Assembly: GCF_034643695.2 (NCBI RefSeq)
Contig: NZ_CP141089.1
Length of the DNA: 32,000 nucleotides
Strand: one strand, 5' to 3'
Position numbers and translations under genes: made by a program. Below the pieces are notes generated by a model that searched no databases, was not told the DNA's origin, and was given only the letters and a program-made list of their open reading frames with translations. Positions 31,588 through 32,000 of this stretch are shown one piece after another; the stretch's first letter is position 1, and the number at the start of each line of letters is the position of its first letter.

Positions 31588-32000
31588 TTAGTGGTTCAGA
31601 AGATGGTTTGCCTCTTGTTTGATTTGTTGTAGTACGTTACGGACATGATTTATCTGATTAATTGCATCTTCTTTTTCTTTACGTAACCGCGCATCCAGTA
31701 AATGATTTTCTGGCAATGGTGTTTCACTCATCTGGCGATAAGGGATCCACGGATTATCATCTTCGTCTTCAAAGCGGAACGCCGGCGCATAGTAATCAAC
31801 CTCTTCTTCCAGGCCATATGCCGTCACCTGCGGCTCATCATCACCCAGGCATATAAGGTGCGTTAATAACGCTTTGAACGGCATATCACCCTGACCTGAA
31901 ATACAGGCTTTATGACCCAGGCCACCCTCTTCTTTAACGATCAAGGCATCTTTGATATGGACCTGGGTAATATGCGGTGCCATCGTTTTTAAAGCGTCGA
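31588..32000 (-). CDS. yihM: C-terminal part of YihM (sugar phosphate isomerase-like), truncated by window edge
   Basis: Frame open to the window end; IKDALIVKEEGGLGHKACISGQGDMPFKALLTHLICLGDDEPQVTAYGLEEEVDYYAPAFRFEDEDDNPWIPYRQM. Confidence 0.85.
   Translation of the reverse strand, partial: DALKTMAPHITQVHIKDALIVKEEGGLGHKACISGQGDMPFKALLTHLICLGDDEPQVTAYGLEEEVDYYAPAFRFEDEDDNPWIPYRQMSETPLPENHLLDARLRKEKEDAINQINHVRNVLQQIKQEANHLLNH

Overview
The window is an E. coli-type chromosomal segment in inverted K-12 orientation. Most of it is standard: rhaA (partial)-rhaD-rhaM, fdhD, the selenoprotein formate dehydrogenase-O operon fdoGHI-fdhE, yiiF, yiiE, a tightly packed yihX-yihY-dtd-yiiD block, the complete sulfoquinovose catabolic cluster (yihW/csqR, yihV, yihU, yihT, yihS, yihR, yihQ, yihP, yihO, ompL), yihN and partial yihM. 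Accessory or unusual parts: (1) an AT-rich insert between yiiE and yiiD encodes a ~604 aa protein (minus strand, likely start 14946) with the heptad-class active-site motif CKSAKDRT, the signature of INPP4/SopB/IpgD phosphoinositide phosphatases. It is a candidate orphan effector-like phosphatase. (2) A 464 aa RafY-like sugar porin lies between rhaM and yiiG, where I recall the frv genes in K-12. (3) yiiG is decayed at both ends. (4) Immediately downstream of the ribbon-helix-helix gene yiiF is a degraded PIN-domain (VapC-like) reading frame, with an apparent 1-nt loss in a poly-A tract and an in-frame amber. This suggests yiiF is the surviving antitoxin of a dead toxin-antitoxin pair. (5) yiiE and yiiF share a duplicated upstream element. 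All family names come from recognition of the protein sequences, without database searches.
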